This document shows positions 39,710-49,133 of a stretch of DNA of 64,000 nt, piece after piece; the first letter of the stretch is position 1; each line of letters begins with the position of its first letter. Position numbers and translations under genes: made by a program. The notes under the pieces are model-generated. The model saw only the letters and a list, made by a program, of their open reading frames with translations, ran no database searches and was not told where the DNA came from. Source of the stretch: Polyangiaceae bacterium (GTDB lineage: Bacteria; Myxococcota_A; Polyangia; Polyangiales; Polyangiaceae); assembly GCA_033763455.1 (NCBI GenBank), contig JANRKO010000006.1, positions 32,001 to 96,000 on the forward strand, given 5' to 3'.

Positions 39710-40228
39710 ATGGCTCAACACCTCGTTCCATGCCCCTCCTGCTCACGCCATGTGCGGACCGATGAAGGAAGCTGCCCGTTTTGTGCGACAGCGCTCAACC
39801 TTTCAGGCGTTCCAACCCGCATGATGCCCGCGCGTCGCCTCGGCCGCGCCGCCCTCTTTGCCTTTGGTACGACGTTAGCAGCGGGTGCTCAGTTTGCCTG
39901 TGCCAGCGATGATGACGGCGGTGGTTCAAATACGGGTACGGGTGGCTCGGTCTCTACGGGTGGCGCGAAGGCTACTGGCGGCGCCTCCACGGGTGGCGCG
40001 AAGGCAACCGGCGGTACGGCGAGTAGCGGCGGTGCTGGCAATACGCCTGCAGCTGGGGGCACGTCTGCGGCGGGAGGAACGCCGAACATTCAGCCGCTCT
40101 ATGGTGCTCCTGCGCCGGTGGGTGGTGCGGAAGCAACAGGCGGTGCTGAGGCGGGCGGCGCGGCGGGCGAGGGCACAGGGGGCACGCCGAACCCCGTAGC
40201 GCTTTATGGTGCCGTCCCAGCGCCTTAA
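39710..40228 (+). CDS. Putative radical SAM substrate: CxxC-x10-CxxC N-terminus, hydrophobic stretch ending in Cys, Gly/Thr linker, two LYG motifs
   Basis: Strong SD (AAGGA). CPSCSRHVRTDEGSCPFC, AAGAQFAC, IQPLYGAP and PVALYGAVP. Confidence 0.8.
   Translation: MAQHLVPCPSCSRHVRTDEGSCPFCATALNLSGVPTRMMPARRLGRAALFAFGTTLAAGAQFACASDDDGGGSNTGTGGSVSTGGAKATGGASTGGAKATGGTASSGGAGNTPAAGGTSAAGGTPNIQPLYGAPAPVGGAEATGGAEAGGAAGEGTGGTPNPVALYGAVPAP
39952..40017 (+). repeat. Imperfect 33-bp tandem repeat encoding STGGAKATGG(A/T)
   Basis: ACGGGTGGCGCGAAGGC occurs twice, 33 nt apart, in the precursor linker. Confidence 0.8.
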
Positions 40229-40263
40229 GCTGCGTGAAGTCAGAGGCGAGGGGCGGTTGGTTT

Positions 40264-40307
40264 CCAAGTGGGCGGGCACAGAGAGATACCTGTGGCCGCC
40301 TACTTGG
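40264..40307. terminator. 18-bp hairpin between convergent genes
   Basis: CCAAGTGGGCGGGCACAG, 8-nt loop, CTGTGGCCGCCTACTTGG (one G-U pair and one mismatch). Confidence 0.65.
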
Positions 40308-40406
40308 GGATGCGGTGGATGTAAGGGGGTCGTTAATATCTGAAGGCTTCAGCCAATAGAGGTCGACGTCGTCCGTCAACATGTCCGAGTACTGAGGACC
40401 TATAGC

Positions 40407-41183
40407 TTAGGCGTCACAGACTTCGAAATTTCTCCGCAGCGCTTCTAGCTCCAGCACTTTGGGCCGAAATTCGTGACCCACGTACCCCGCGTAATGGGTG
40501 CGTGCGATGGCCTTGCAGATCCCCCGGTAGTTGAGCTCTTGTTCGTCGTCGAGGTCTCGCCGCTCTGGGTTGCCAGCGGTGTGAAAGTGCCCGATGTGCT
40601 GAATGTGTTGCTCGATCTTGCGGATCACATCCCCCTCCATGATTTGCACATGGTAGATGTCAAATAGCATCTTCACCATCGGGCTTCCCGTGAGCTCAAG
40701 CACTCGAACCGTCGCGGCCACGCTGTCGCATTCGTAACCTGGGTGGTCCACTTTGCTGTTGAGAACCTCTAAGTTTAGGTTCACTCCCAGCTCCTCGGCA
40801 AGCGGCGCAACTTTCCTCAGGATTTTCGCGGAAGCCTGAGCAGCTGCTTCAGGGCCCTGCCCCGCCAGCCGATTCCCACTCAGGCAAATCAGGCCGCGGA
40901 CCCCCGTGCGTGCGGCGGCATGTAGGCTTTCGGTGAGTTCGGCCTCAATGCGAGTGTGCTCGCGTTCATCGTTAGTGCCGCGTTCAAGATTTCCGTGGCC
41001 GCTCATGCTGGCGATAGTTAATTCGTGGCGGCGCGCTGTTTCTACCACTTCCTCGAAGTCAGCTCCTCGATCCCACAACTCAATGGCCCTATATCCAACC
41101 CTTTGCGCGTAGCCGAAGAGCTCCGAGAGTGAGCTGCCAATCGGCTGAAATACGGGGTAACAGAAGGACTGTTGAATGCGCAT
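40407..41183 (-). CDS. Hydroxypyruvate isomerase family TIM-barrel protein
   Basis: LEVLNSKVDHPGY, LFDIYHVQIMEGD, HFHTAGNP.R, QELNY, GYVGHEF. Confidence 0.9.
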   Translation of the reverse strand: MRIQQSFCYPVFQPIGSSLSELFGYAQRVGYRAIELWDRGADFEEVVETARRHELTIASMSGHGNLERGTNDEREHTRIEAELTESLHAAARTGVRGLICLSGNRLAGQGPEAAAQASAKILRKVAPLAEELGVNLNLEVLNSKVDHPGYECDSVAATVRVLELTGSPMVKMLFDIYHVQIMEGDVIRKIEQHIQHIGHFHTAGNPERRDLDDEQELNYRGICKAIARTHYAGYVGHEFRPKVLELEALRRNFEVCDA

Positions 41184-41342
41184 GGAATAGCCGGAGAACT
41201 CCGCTCACGCTGGGTTCTCAAAGGGCAGTATTCCGAATGGGGGGCGTGTTGCCCATGGAACAACTTCGGAGGGTTTTGTGCTTTGTTAAGATTGCTCAAC
41301 TGTGCGCAGAGGTAGCGGTCTGAGGCGGCCTCTGAGGCACCG

Positions 41343-41620
41343 CCGCGGATCGCGTATGAAGTGCGTGTAGCTTTCCATGGGAAGCCAACCCTTGAGGCGT
41401 TCAATCCACCTAAGCCGAGCAACGCGGGGTTCGCGCTGCTTGCTCACGCGCAGAGCTTGCCGCCCTGATGGTTACTCAGGTTGTAACTGATTTTCCGCTT
41501 GAGACACACGTGTTTACCAGTCTGCTCACCAAGAAGCTCCTTTACGTTGGCACACGGCGAGGTATCTGGCGCGTGGACGGTGAGCGCATATCTCTCCTTG
41601 CAGAAGATTCGACACCGTAG
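41343..41620 (+). pseudogene. Remnant of a hypothetical gene in two out-of-frame pieces
   Basis: PRIAYEVRV...LEAFNPPKP (stop at 41468), then MVTQVVTDFPLETHVFTSLL...YVGTRRGIWRVDGERI (41468-41620). It reads like protein, but family recognition is tentative. Confidence 0.45.
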
Positions 41621-41656
41621 TTTCGGGGGCGTCGGCAGTCGGAGGGTTGGGCCGGC

Positions 41657-42463
41657 TCAACCCTCTCGTGCGCGCTTCCTTAGCGTATTCGGGCTCACCC
41701 CCACATGCTTCTTGAATTGCTTGGAAAACTGAAAAATGTCTTCGTAGCCCACGCGCCGCCCCACTTCACTGATGCTCAGGTTCTGATCTTGGAGGAGATA
41801 TTCGGCTCGCTGCATGCGTTGCCGAATTACAAGCTCGATGGGGCTTACCCCAAAGTATCGACGAAAGGCGCTGCACAAATATTGAGGTGTGAGGGCCGCG
41901 CGCTCCGCCAAGTCTGCCAAGCGGATGGTTTCTTCGCTGTGGGTTTCGATGTAATTCTTGATCTTGAGCAAGCGTTCGGGTGGCTGCCAAGCGGTTGAAG
42001 TGGCCTCGCGGCGACGGCGTACTTCGCACAAGTAGCTCTCTAGACAGTTGAGGGCGATGACCGGATCTGGTGCGAAGGGCCCGGTTAGCTCTCGATAAAG
42101 TGCGAGAAAATAGTGCTCCGCGACTGCGGGATCCGCATCCGCAATAGGCTCCCCAAGCGGCAAGCGCTGGGCTCGCAAGATGGGAGCGATGGCTGTGCCG
42201 TTGCAGTGAATCCACGTGTGGCGCCAGCGCCGCTCTCGGTTTCCGTAGAAGTGTGCGTGCTCAGGCCCCCATAGGATGAGCGTACGCGGGGGGTGGATGT
42301 TACCGGGCCTATCGAGCTCCACGCGCTCGTAGAACAACATGAAAAGGTAGTCATTGGTGCCGTTGGGACGGTGCACAATCTCCGCACGTAGTGCTTCCTG
42401 AACGCCCATGGCTCCGATCGAAATCTCCGGTGTGTTCAGGGGTTTAGAGAAGATGGTTTTCAT
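41657..42463 (-). CDS. AraC family regulator
   Basis: HRPNGTNDYL, HFYG...W.HTWIH, SISEVGRRVGYEDIFQFSKQFKK. Confidence 0.92.
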   Translation of the reverse strand: MKTIFSKPLNTPEISIGAMGVQEALRAEIVHRPNGTNDYLFMLFYERVELDRPGNIHPPRTLILWGPEHAHFYGNRERRWRHTWIHCNGTAIAPILRAQRLPLGEPIADADPAVAEHYFLALYRELTGPFAPDPVIALNCLESYLCEVRRRREATSTAWQPPERLLKIKNYIETHSEETIRLADLAERAALTPQYLCSAFRRYFGVSPIELVIRQRMQRAEYLLQDQNLSISEVGRRVGYEDIFQFSKQFKKHVGVSPNTLRKRAREG

Positions 42464-42637
42464 GGCCTACGGGAATCGTAGCGTGTGCTTCGCCCTCGCG
42501 GTTGAAGAAAGGGATAGGGGCGGCCGCCCTGCTTCTTAATATAAGACAAATTTCCCAAAAGCCACGACATACCCTCACCACGCTTGGTGTGCGACCTTTA
42601 GAGGACTTCAGAATTGCTGAAGTTAAGGAGTCGCCGT

Positions 42638-43627
42638 ATGACGCGAGTGCTCGGTCGTGGTCTGTTTGTGGTTGTTTGTCCTTTAATTCTAGGCCATTGC
42701 GTATCCGAGGCAGCTGCGCCACGCGAGGTAAGCCAGGCCGGAGGTGCACCGAGCAGCGGCGGAGCTTCGGCAGGTGGGAGTCCCCCAAGGGTGAATGGTG
42801 TTGTTGGGGCCACTGGCGGCTCGCAACTCAGCAATTCTGGCGGCGGAGGCCCGCTTGCCTCCATGGGTGGTAGGCCCACTGTTCCAAGCGGCGGCACCAC
42901 ATCCGCTACAACCGGCGGGTCTTCCCCGAGTTTGCAGGGGGGAAGCGCGGGGGCCACCGGGACTCAGATGAACCCTGATGGAAGCCTCACGCCCAAGTCC
43001 AAGTTCTCCCTATTCAACGGTGTAGCTCTTACGGGTTGGTCCGCTGACGTACCAGATAAGGAAACAGATCCAACGCTCCCAGACAGTTTCATCGTAAAAA
43101 ATGGCCTCCTTGTGAGCCAAGGTACCGCGATCGGCCACCTGCTCACGGACGCTACCTACAGGGACTATCGCTTGGAGGTGGAGTACAGATTCTCTGCGGG
43201 TGAGGGGAATTGCGGGGTTCTGATCCACGCCTCCGAGTTGCGGGCTCTTTACGGGGCCTTTCCGAAGTCGATTGAGGTTCAACTATTCAGCGGGGATGCG
43301 GGAGATTTTTGGTGCATTCAGGAAAACATCGAGGTGCCCAATATGGATGCGCGTAGGCCCCACGATCCTGGGCAAGCTTACGGTGGGGGCGAGGCGGACG
43401 CGCGACGCATTCTCAATCTAACGGACGACTCGGAGAAGCCAGTGGGTGAATGGAACACAATCGTGATCGAAGCCAGGGCTCGCGGCATCACGGTTTGGAT
43501 GAATGGAGAACTAGTGAACGATGGCTTTAACTGCACCGCCGATCACGGCAAGATCGCGCTTCAAGCGGAAGGGGCGGAGGTTGAATTCAGGCGAGTGGAG
43601 ATTGGCCCACTTTCCGCGACACCCTGA
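42638..43627 (+). CDS. DUF1080 (3-keto-disaccharide hydrolase/lyase) family lipoprotein
   Basis: SD AAGGAG, ILGHC, Gly/Ser linker, SLFNG..LTGW, Y.DYRLEVEYR, SIEVQL, EKPVGEWN, GKIALQAEG.EVEFR. Confidence 0.88.
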   Translation: MTRVLGRGLFVVVCPLILGHCVSEAAAPREVSQAGGAPSSGGASAGGSPPRVNGVVGATGGSQLSNSGGGGPLASMGGRPTVPSGGTTSATTGGSSPSLQGGSAGATGTQMNPDGSLTPKSKFSLFNGVALTGWSADVPDKETDPTLPDSFIVKNGLLVSQGTAIGHLLTDATYRDYRLEVEYRFSAGEGNCGVLIHASELRALYGAFPKSIEVQLFSGDAGDFWCIQENIEVPNMDARRPHDPGQAYGGGEADARRILNLTDDSEKPVGEWNTIVIEARARGITVWMNGELVNDGFNCTADHGKIALQAEGAEVEFRRVEIGPLSATP

Positions 43628-43638
43628 AAGGAACACCG

Positions 43639-45398
43639 ATGAATAGCCGTGCTTATCATTCCCTAGCTAAGCTAAGCGTTACATTCGGGTTATTAGCCGC
43701 CTCTGGCTGCCAGCCAAGCGTTTCTCGCGAAACCCACAGTGGCGCGTCAATGACCACCACTGGCGCCACGCCCGGCAGCAACGCCTCGGGGGGACTCCGA
43801 GCACACCAGATCCCGTTTCGGCAACGGGTGGAGGCGTTTCCCCGAGTGCCACCGCCACAGTTGATGCGCTCACTCCAGCGAACCTCTCGTGTCCCGCGGG
43901 GGCCCCGATAGCGCCTGCCCCGCGGCGAATCTTGCGTCTAGCGTCGTCTGAGTGGCTTGCCTCGATCAAAGCTGTGGCTCCTTTTGAGCCAACGAGTGTC
44001 CCTCCGGGTTTTGATAGCTCTGTGTTGGGCGAGGCGCCCCAAGCCTCGGATGCGGTGTCCAAAGATTGGCACCAAACGGTGGATCAGATTGCTCAGGCGA
44101 GCGCCAAGCTACTTGCCGAGGCACCTTTGGGGCTCGCGTGTCCGATCACTGAATTCGGTAGAGATGTTGCCTGCACTCAAAGCTACCTCACAGAGCAAGC
44201 TCTACGGTACCTGCGAGGGCGCGCGAACCCGAATGATGTGGATAGGCTCCTGCAATTGGCAACGGCAGTTCAAGGACGATCAGGGGGAGCCGCGGCACTC
44301 AAGGTTGCGGTCAGAGCGATGGCCCTATCTCCGAAGTTCATTTACCTCACCGAGGGGCTCGACCGCTCTCTGCCAGCCACAACTCCCGCCCGTATGAGCG
44401 TTGAAGAACTGGCTTCGTTTCTTGCCTTCCGAATTGGCAGGCGTCCGCCGTCCACACTGCTGTTGCAGGTGCTGGCTCAGGCGCCGGCTCTTGATAATGC
44501 GCAGTTGAGTGCCATTATCGAGCAAGAATTCACGCCTGCCGAGCGAGCACAGAGCACCACTGATTTTCTCGCAGCTTGGCTCAACGTTGCGGCGCTCTCT
44601 GGGAGCGTCTCAAAAGATCTCTCAATCCACCCCCAATTCACCTCAGAATTCCTACTTCAACTTCAGCGGGAAACCTACGACACGCTTCATGCGCAGTTCG
44701 TCGCGCCTGGCAACGGTGATCTGAAGCAGTTGCTCACTGAAAATGTTGAATCAACGTTGCTCGATGATAAACGCAATCCCTTGGTGCAAACCTACAAGCG
44801 CCCTGGCGTTCTTGCGTTACCGGGATTCATCGCGTCCATTTCTTCCCCGCAACACACCGGCTTGCCAAAGCGCGGGAAGTTCCTGGTAAACGCCTTTTTC
44901 TGCGACGGGGCTCAACCACCACCTGCAGGCATCAAAAAGCCTGACTTTCCACCGGGCCTATCCGAACGGCAGCAGTTTGAAATGATCGAACAGCTGCCTG
45001 GCTGTGGCCCATGCCACACACGGATCAATCCTCTGGCCTACCCATTCGAACGCTACGACGAAGTGGGTAATCCCCGTGCCGCTGATGCGGCCATGAATGT
45101 GATTGATACGAGCGGTGCTCATGCGCTAACGAGCGGGGGCCCCCGTGACTTCGTTTACTCTGATCTTCAGGATCTAGGGGTTCAGATGTCTGGCAATAGC
45201 GTGGTGCAGACGTGCCTCAGCATTCAAGCGTTCGAATACACTGCGCGCCGAACGGCAGCTTCCCCATACACGGTGGGGCGCAACGATAGCTGTGCGGTGT
45301 CGTCGATAAAGGAGGCGGGAGCCTTGAGTGGTTTTCAACTCACGGGCCTTCTGCGTGATGCTCTCATCGCAAACGCGCTCGCGCCAAGAGCGGATTGA
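43639..45398 (+). pseudogene. Divergent DUF1592/DUF1588-family lipoprotein split by a 1-nt frameshift in a G6 run
   Basis: The ORF at 43639 has a lipobox (AASGC). Adding one G at 43788-43793 joins it to TPSTPDP...APRRILRL, SPKFIY, RPGVL, CGPCH..INPL. It may be a sequencing error. Confidence 0.8.
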
Positions 45399-45412
45399 TA
45401 GGGAGAAACAGT

Positions 45413-46759
45413 ATGTTGATTAAGACAACGCGTAGGAGATTCCTTGGTGCCCTGGGCACGGCGACGTTTGCGGCCTCGACTCTTCGCTTTTTCCTCAAAA
45501 CCGCCGAGGCTCAGACCTACCCAAAACGCTTCGTGTTCGTCTTTACGCCGAACGGCGCCGACGGCATGGCAGCGAGCTCTGGCCTTGGGAAGGATTACGT
45601 GCTGGGTCCAGACATGAGCATCTTCAACGAGCTTAAGCACAAGTTCACCGTGCTGGATGGTCTGCAGATCCCCGATCACGGCGGAGAAGAACATCCTGCG
45701 GGTCGCTGCTCAATGCTGAGCTCTTGGCGCTCATCCGGCACTCAGTCAACAGCGGGGAACCGGGGGCAGTCTTTCGATATCTTTCTCAGGGCTAAGCTCC
45801 CTGGAGTTAATGGAAATTCGATCTACACAGGTACCGAAGGGTTAGACGATACCCTGGAGCTTCCGATCAGTTGGCTCAGCGCAGGGGTGCGCAATGACAG
45901 TTATCTGCAGGGCCTCGGACCGCTCATTGGTCGAGTTTTTCAAAATGCGCCCGTGGTGCCTTCACCTATGGCGACAAACTCGGCGATGAGTGCAGCCACG
46001 GCAGATGAGCTTGCGCTCAATGATTACTTGAGGGGAGAGGTGGAACGGCTACGCGCGGAGGCTCCCTTGGCCGAATTCGCAAAGCTGGACCTCCATTTGC
46101 AGGCGCTCAGTCAGCTACGGGCGGGGCTCGTGCCCGCCTCTGGCGATCCGGGAACTGCCCTTCGCATGTGCGATTCGAACCCAACCTTCACGGGGGACGT
46201 CGCGGATCAAATGGGGCTCGCTTTGGCACATGGGCTTGCGTGTGGGCAAACGCGGGTGGCCGTTTTCCGCATCGGCTCTTACGAGCCGAACCACGTGCAC
46301 AGCCATTGGGAGGAGGGCGGTATGGACGGCGTGAACGGGTTCCGCGATGAATTTAGGCGGATCAACCGCGGGTGGGCGCAAAACATCCTCAACTTCTTAA
46401 AAGCACTCGATTCGTTCCCTGAAGGCAACGGCACATTGCTCGACAACACCGCCGTGGTGTGGAGCAGCGAGCTTTCGAACCATTACCGCTCCGAATCTTA
46501 CCTGCGGAATTATCCCAACTGGGCCTACCCAGCAAAAGCTGGTGACGTAAACACTCATGGCACGGTGGATATGCCATTTTGGCTTGCTGGAAGCTTAGGC
46601 GGCACGCTCAAACAAGGCGAACGCATCGTGGCACAAGATAGGTACGCCGGCGAGCTCTACAAAGCCATCGCTACGGCCATGGGCGTAAGCAGCACGGATC
46701 TTTCGAGCTACGGAGAGCCTGCGTTTGCTCCTGGGATTTTGCAGGAGATATTGGCTTAG
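45413..46759 (+). CDS. DUF1552 family protein with a Tat-like leader
   Basis: TRRRFLGALG, PKRFVFVFTPNG, KLDLHL, CGQTRVA, HVHSH, EGNGTLLDNT. Confidence 0.9.
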   Translation: MLIKTTRRRFLGALGTATFAASTLRFFLKTAEAQTYPKRFVFVFTPNGADGMAASSGLGKDYVLGPDMSIFNELKHKFTVLDGLQIPDHGGEEHPAGRCSMLSSWRSSGTQSTAGNRGQSFDIFLRAKLPGVNGNSIYTGTEGLDDTLELPISWLSAGVRNDSYLQGLGPLIGRVFQNAPVVPSPMATNSAMSAATADELALNDYLRGEVERLRAEAPLAEFAKLDLHLQALSQLRAGLVPASGDPGTALRMCDSNPTFTGDVADQMGLALAHGLACGQTRVAVFRIGSYEPNHVHSHWEEGGMDGVNGFRDEFRRINRGWAQNILNFLKALDSFPEGNGTLLDNTAVVWSSELSNHYRSESYLRNYPNWAYPAKAGDVNTHGTVDMPFWLAGSLGGTLKQGERIVAQDRYAGELYKAIATAMGVSSTDLSSYGEPAFAPGILQEILA

Positions 46760-46927
46760 TGGCTTCGCCTTATGGCTGAGCATGGCCTTGTGCCACGGCC
46801 TCGTGGAATTGAGCCCGTTCCGCCGCCAAGCCACGCCGACGCGTACGTCTGGGACGTAAAGGAACTCCGAAGCCCTTCGTAGGGAGCGAAAAATGCGGCG
46901 CGTGCGTTGCTAGCGACACAAAATGTG

Positions 46928-47953
46928 TCAAAGGGAGGGCGCGGCGCAGACGCCAAACCCCACGATATCCGTCCCGGCCGCATTAGCCGCGCATACACTG
47001 AAGTAGTTCATCCCGTCGCACCCACACACGCTGGCGGCGATAGGAGCTCTAATGGCCGGACCCTGCACGCCCGAGCCGCTCACCGGGCACACCTGCGGCC
47101 GTTTCTTGCAAACGCCTGCCGGGGAAGGGGAAAGGCACGACGCATTGTCGTCGAAATCACAGAACTCATCGTCGAGGCACCCAGCGCCCTGTACGCCGCC
47201 GCAAGGCTTGGCTGGACATGCTATTTCGGTGCACGCCACCGCGCCACCAGCACACGAGCAGGTGTTACAGCCATCAGGCGCAGGAATGTTGGTAGTGCCG
47301 TCGGCATAGACTTGACCCCCAATGGTGCACGTGCCAGCCGCCTGACACTCACCCTTAGTGCTGAAGCCCGTACCTGCAGCCGCAGCAACGCAGTCGTTGG
47401 AATAGGTCTTCCCATCGCACCCGCACACTGGATCAAAGATGTCAGCGCATACCTGCGGACGCTTAGCGCACACCGCCGAGGCGTCGGCTGCCCCGCACAG
47501 GCCCGTGCCCGCGTAGGCACAATACTCGTCCGTTGCACAGGTTGCTCCGGCGAACCCGCCGCACACGACTGCCACGCACGCTTTCAAGGTGCATGCGACC
47601 GCACCATCGTGACAACTACAGGTATTGCAGCCATCCTCTGAGGGGAAGCTGCTGCCATGTGGGTATTCCCGGTTGCCCACCGTGCAGTTCTTTGCAGAGC
47701 CCGAACCTCCAGAGGCAAAGCCTCCCCCGGTCGCCTGAGCGCCGCCCGTACTGCTCATTCCTCCGCTGCTGGTTCCTCCACCGGTCTTTGCCCCACCCAA
47801 AGGCCCCGCGCCCCCTGTAACGGCGACCGAGCCTCCGGAACCCCCCGCCCCCTCGGGCGTTACCGCTTCGAACGAGCCGCCACAGGCCACGAGCCCGCCA
47901 CAGGCAATCAGAAACAGAAAGACACGACCTGGCAAACGCGAAGGGGTAAACAT
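46928..47953 (-). CDS. Lipoprotein with alternating pacifastin-like and Kazal protease-inhibitor domains
   Basis: Lipobox GLVAC, DGCNTCSCHDGAVACTLKAC, CADIFDPVCGCDGKTYSNDC, DGCNTCSCAGGAVACTEIAC, VCGCDGMNYFSVC. Confidence 0.85.
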   Translation of the reverse strand: MFTPSRLPGRVFLFLIACGGLVACGGSFEAVTPEGAGGSGGSVAVTGGAGPLGGAKTGGGTSSGGMSSTGGAQATGGGFASGGSGSAKNCTVGNREYPHGSSFPSEDGCNTCSCHDGAVACTLKACVAVVCGGFAGATCATDEYCAYAGTGLCGAADASAVCAKRPQVCADIFDPVCGCDGKTYSNDCVAAAAGTGFSTKGECQAAGTCTIGGQVYADGTTNIPAPDGCNTCSCAGGAVACTEIACPAKPCGGVQGAGCLDDEFCDFDDNASCLSPSPAGVCKKRPQVCPVSGSGVQGPAIRAPIAASVCGCDGMNYFSVCAANAAGTDIVGFGVCAAPSL

Positions 47954-47964
47954 GACGCAGCTAT

Positions 47965-47980
47965 AGCAAGCTTGGTGCCG
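47965..47980 (-). promoter_or_regulatory. Sigma54-type -24/-12 promoter
   Basis: Minus strand CGGCAC-CAAGC-TTGCT. The predicted +1 is about 47954, next to ATG 47953. Confidence 0.6.
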
Positions 47981-48210
47981 AGGCGCTGCGCTCTTCTTTC
48001 CTCAAAGCATCGGCCAGGCCCAGTGAGTGTTTACGCAAAGGTTCCCCTTGGCTGGGTCCTTCCCGCCGGATCGAGCCGACTCGCGCCCACCTGAGGCCAT
48101 GCCAGAACGAAGTTGGCACAGCTACGGGCACGTCGATCAGGGTGGTACGAGGTCGAGCCAGTTGTTGTACGGCACTTGTCAATGCCTTGGTTGCGACGCT
48201 GTTCGGAAGG

Positions 48211-49101
48211 CTACTGTGCGGGGCTCACTTCAAGCACATCTAGTTGGACGAATTGCCCATCGAATACCTGAGGTGCTGGCGGGATGCCTGGCACCACTAG
48301 GCTCACGTTCGCGGATTGCTCCGTGTTATCGTCCTTGAAATTGAACGTGACGACAGAGCCCCCTTTGACCAGGATGGTTGCTTCGTAATCAAGCACAAAT
48401 AGCTGATGATCCACGGAGCCGCTCACCGTGTAGTAAGCGTTCAAGTAGTACTTCTCTGCAGGGGTCGGCACGTCGATCCAGAACAGCGCATGAGCGTCCT
48501 CGTTAGGTGTGCCTCCGCTGCTATCCAAGAAGTATGGCGCCGCAGTTTCCGTTGCTATCGTCTCGCCGTTGGCATCATTGAAGGTGTGAGCCTCGGTGAC
48601 ACCACGGACCCTTAGCTTCACCTGATACGTGAGCTCCGGGTTACCACCTACCGACAGCATCTGTGGCGGAAGGCTCTGCGCGGAGCTGCAAAGGTCGCCC
48701 TCGTGCGCACCTTGGCACGGTACCTCTATGCGCGTATTCAACGCTTGAGCGATGGATGCCCCGGCAACCCCGCTGGCGCCGCCCAATGATGCCGCTCCCC
48801 CCGAACCTGACGTGCCTCCGCTCGCGGGCAGGCCGCCTCCGGTTCCTGCTCCACCCAAGCCGACGTTACCCCCAGTTCCCCCAGTTCCCCCAGCTCCCCC
48901 GGAACGATCTGCTGACTGGCCACCCGAAGCCGGAACCATCGCGCCTTTGCCCCCCGCAGCGGTGGGGCCTCCAGGCTGTGCTGAAGGTACCATTCCCCCA
49001 CTACCCCCCGACAATGCCGAAGAAGACCGTACTTCGCCGTCGGAGCTGCAGCCTACAACGGCACCAAGAAGAAAGCAGAGCGCGGCCCATTTGTTTAACA
49101 T
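48211..49101 (-). CDS. Hypothetical lipoprotein, third gene of a DUF1592-DUF1552 operon
   Basis: MLNKWAALCFLLGAVVGC, Gly linker, beta-rich domain (YQVKLRVRGVTE...YYLN...LDYEATI). The track's upstream extension overlaps the DUF1552 gene. Confidence 0.8.
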   Translation of the reverse strand: MLNKWAALCFLLGAVVGCSSDGEVRSSSALSGGSGGMVPSAQPGGPTAAGGKGAMVPASGGQSADRSGGAGGTGGTGGNVGLGGAGTGGGLPASGGTSGSGGAASLGGASGVAGASIAQALNTRIEVPCQGAHEGDLCSSAQSLPPQMLSVGGNPELTYQVKLRVRGVTEAHTFNDANGETIATETAAPYFLDSSGGTPNEDAHALFWIDVPTPAEKYYLNAYYTVSGSVDHQLFVLDYEATILVKGGSVVTFNFKDDNTEQSANVSLVVPGIPPAPQVFDGQFVQLDVLEVSPAQ

Positions 49102-49133
49102 AGATTTGCCTAACCGAGCGTGAAGGCACCCGC

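Noticed and set aside
48740..49020. Gly/Ser/Thr-rich stretches as DNA repeat arrays
   Set aside because: They are low-complexity protein linkers found in most lipoproteins here, with no fixed period.
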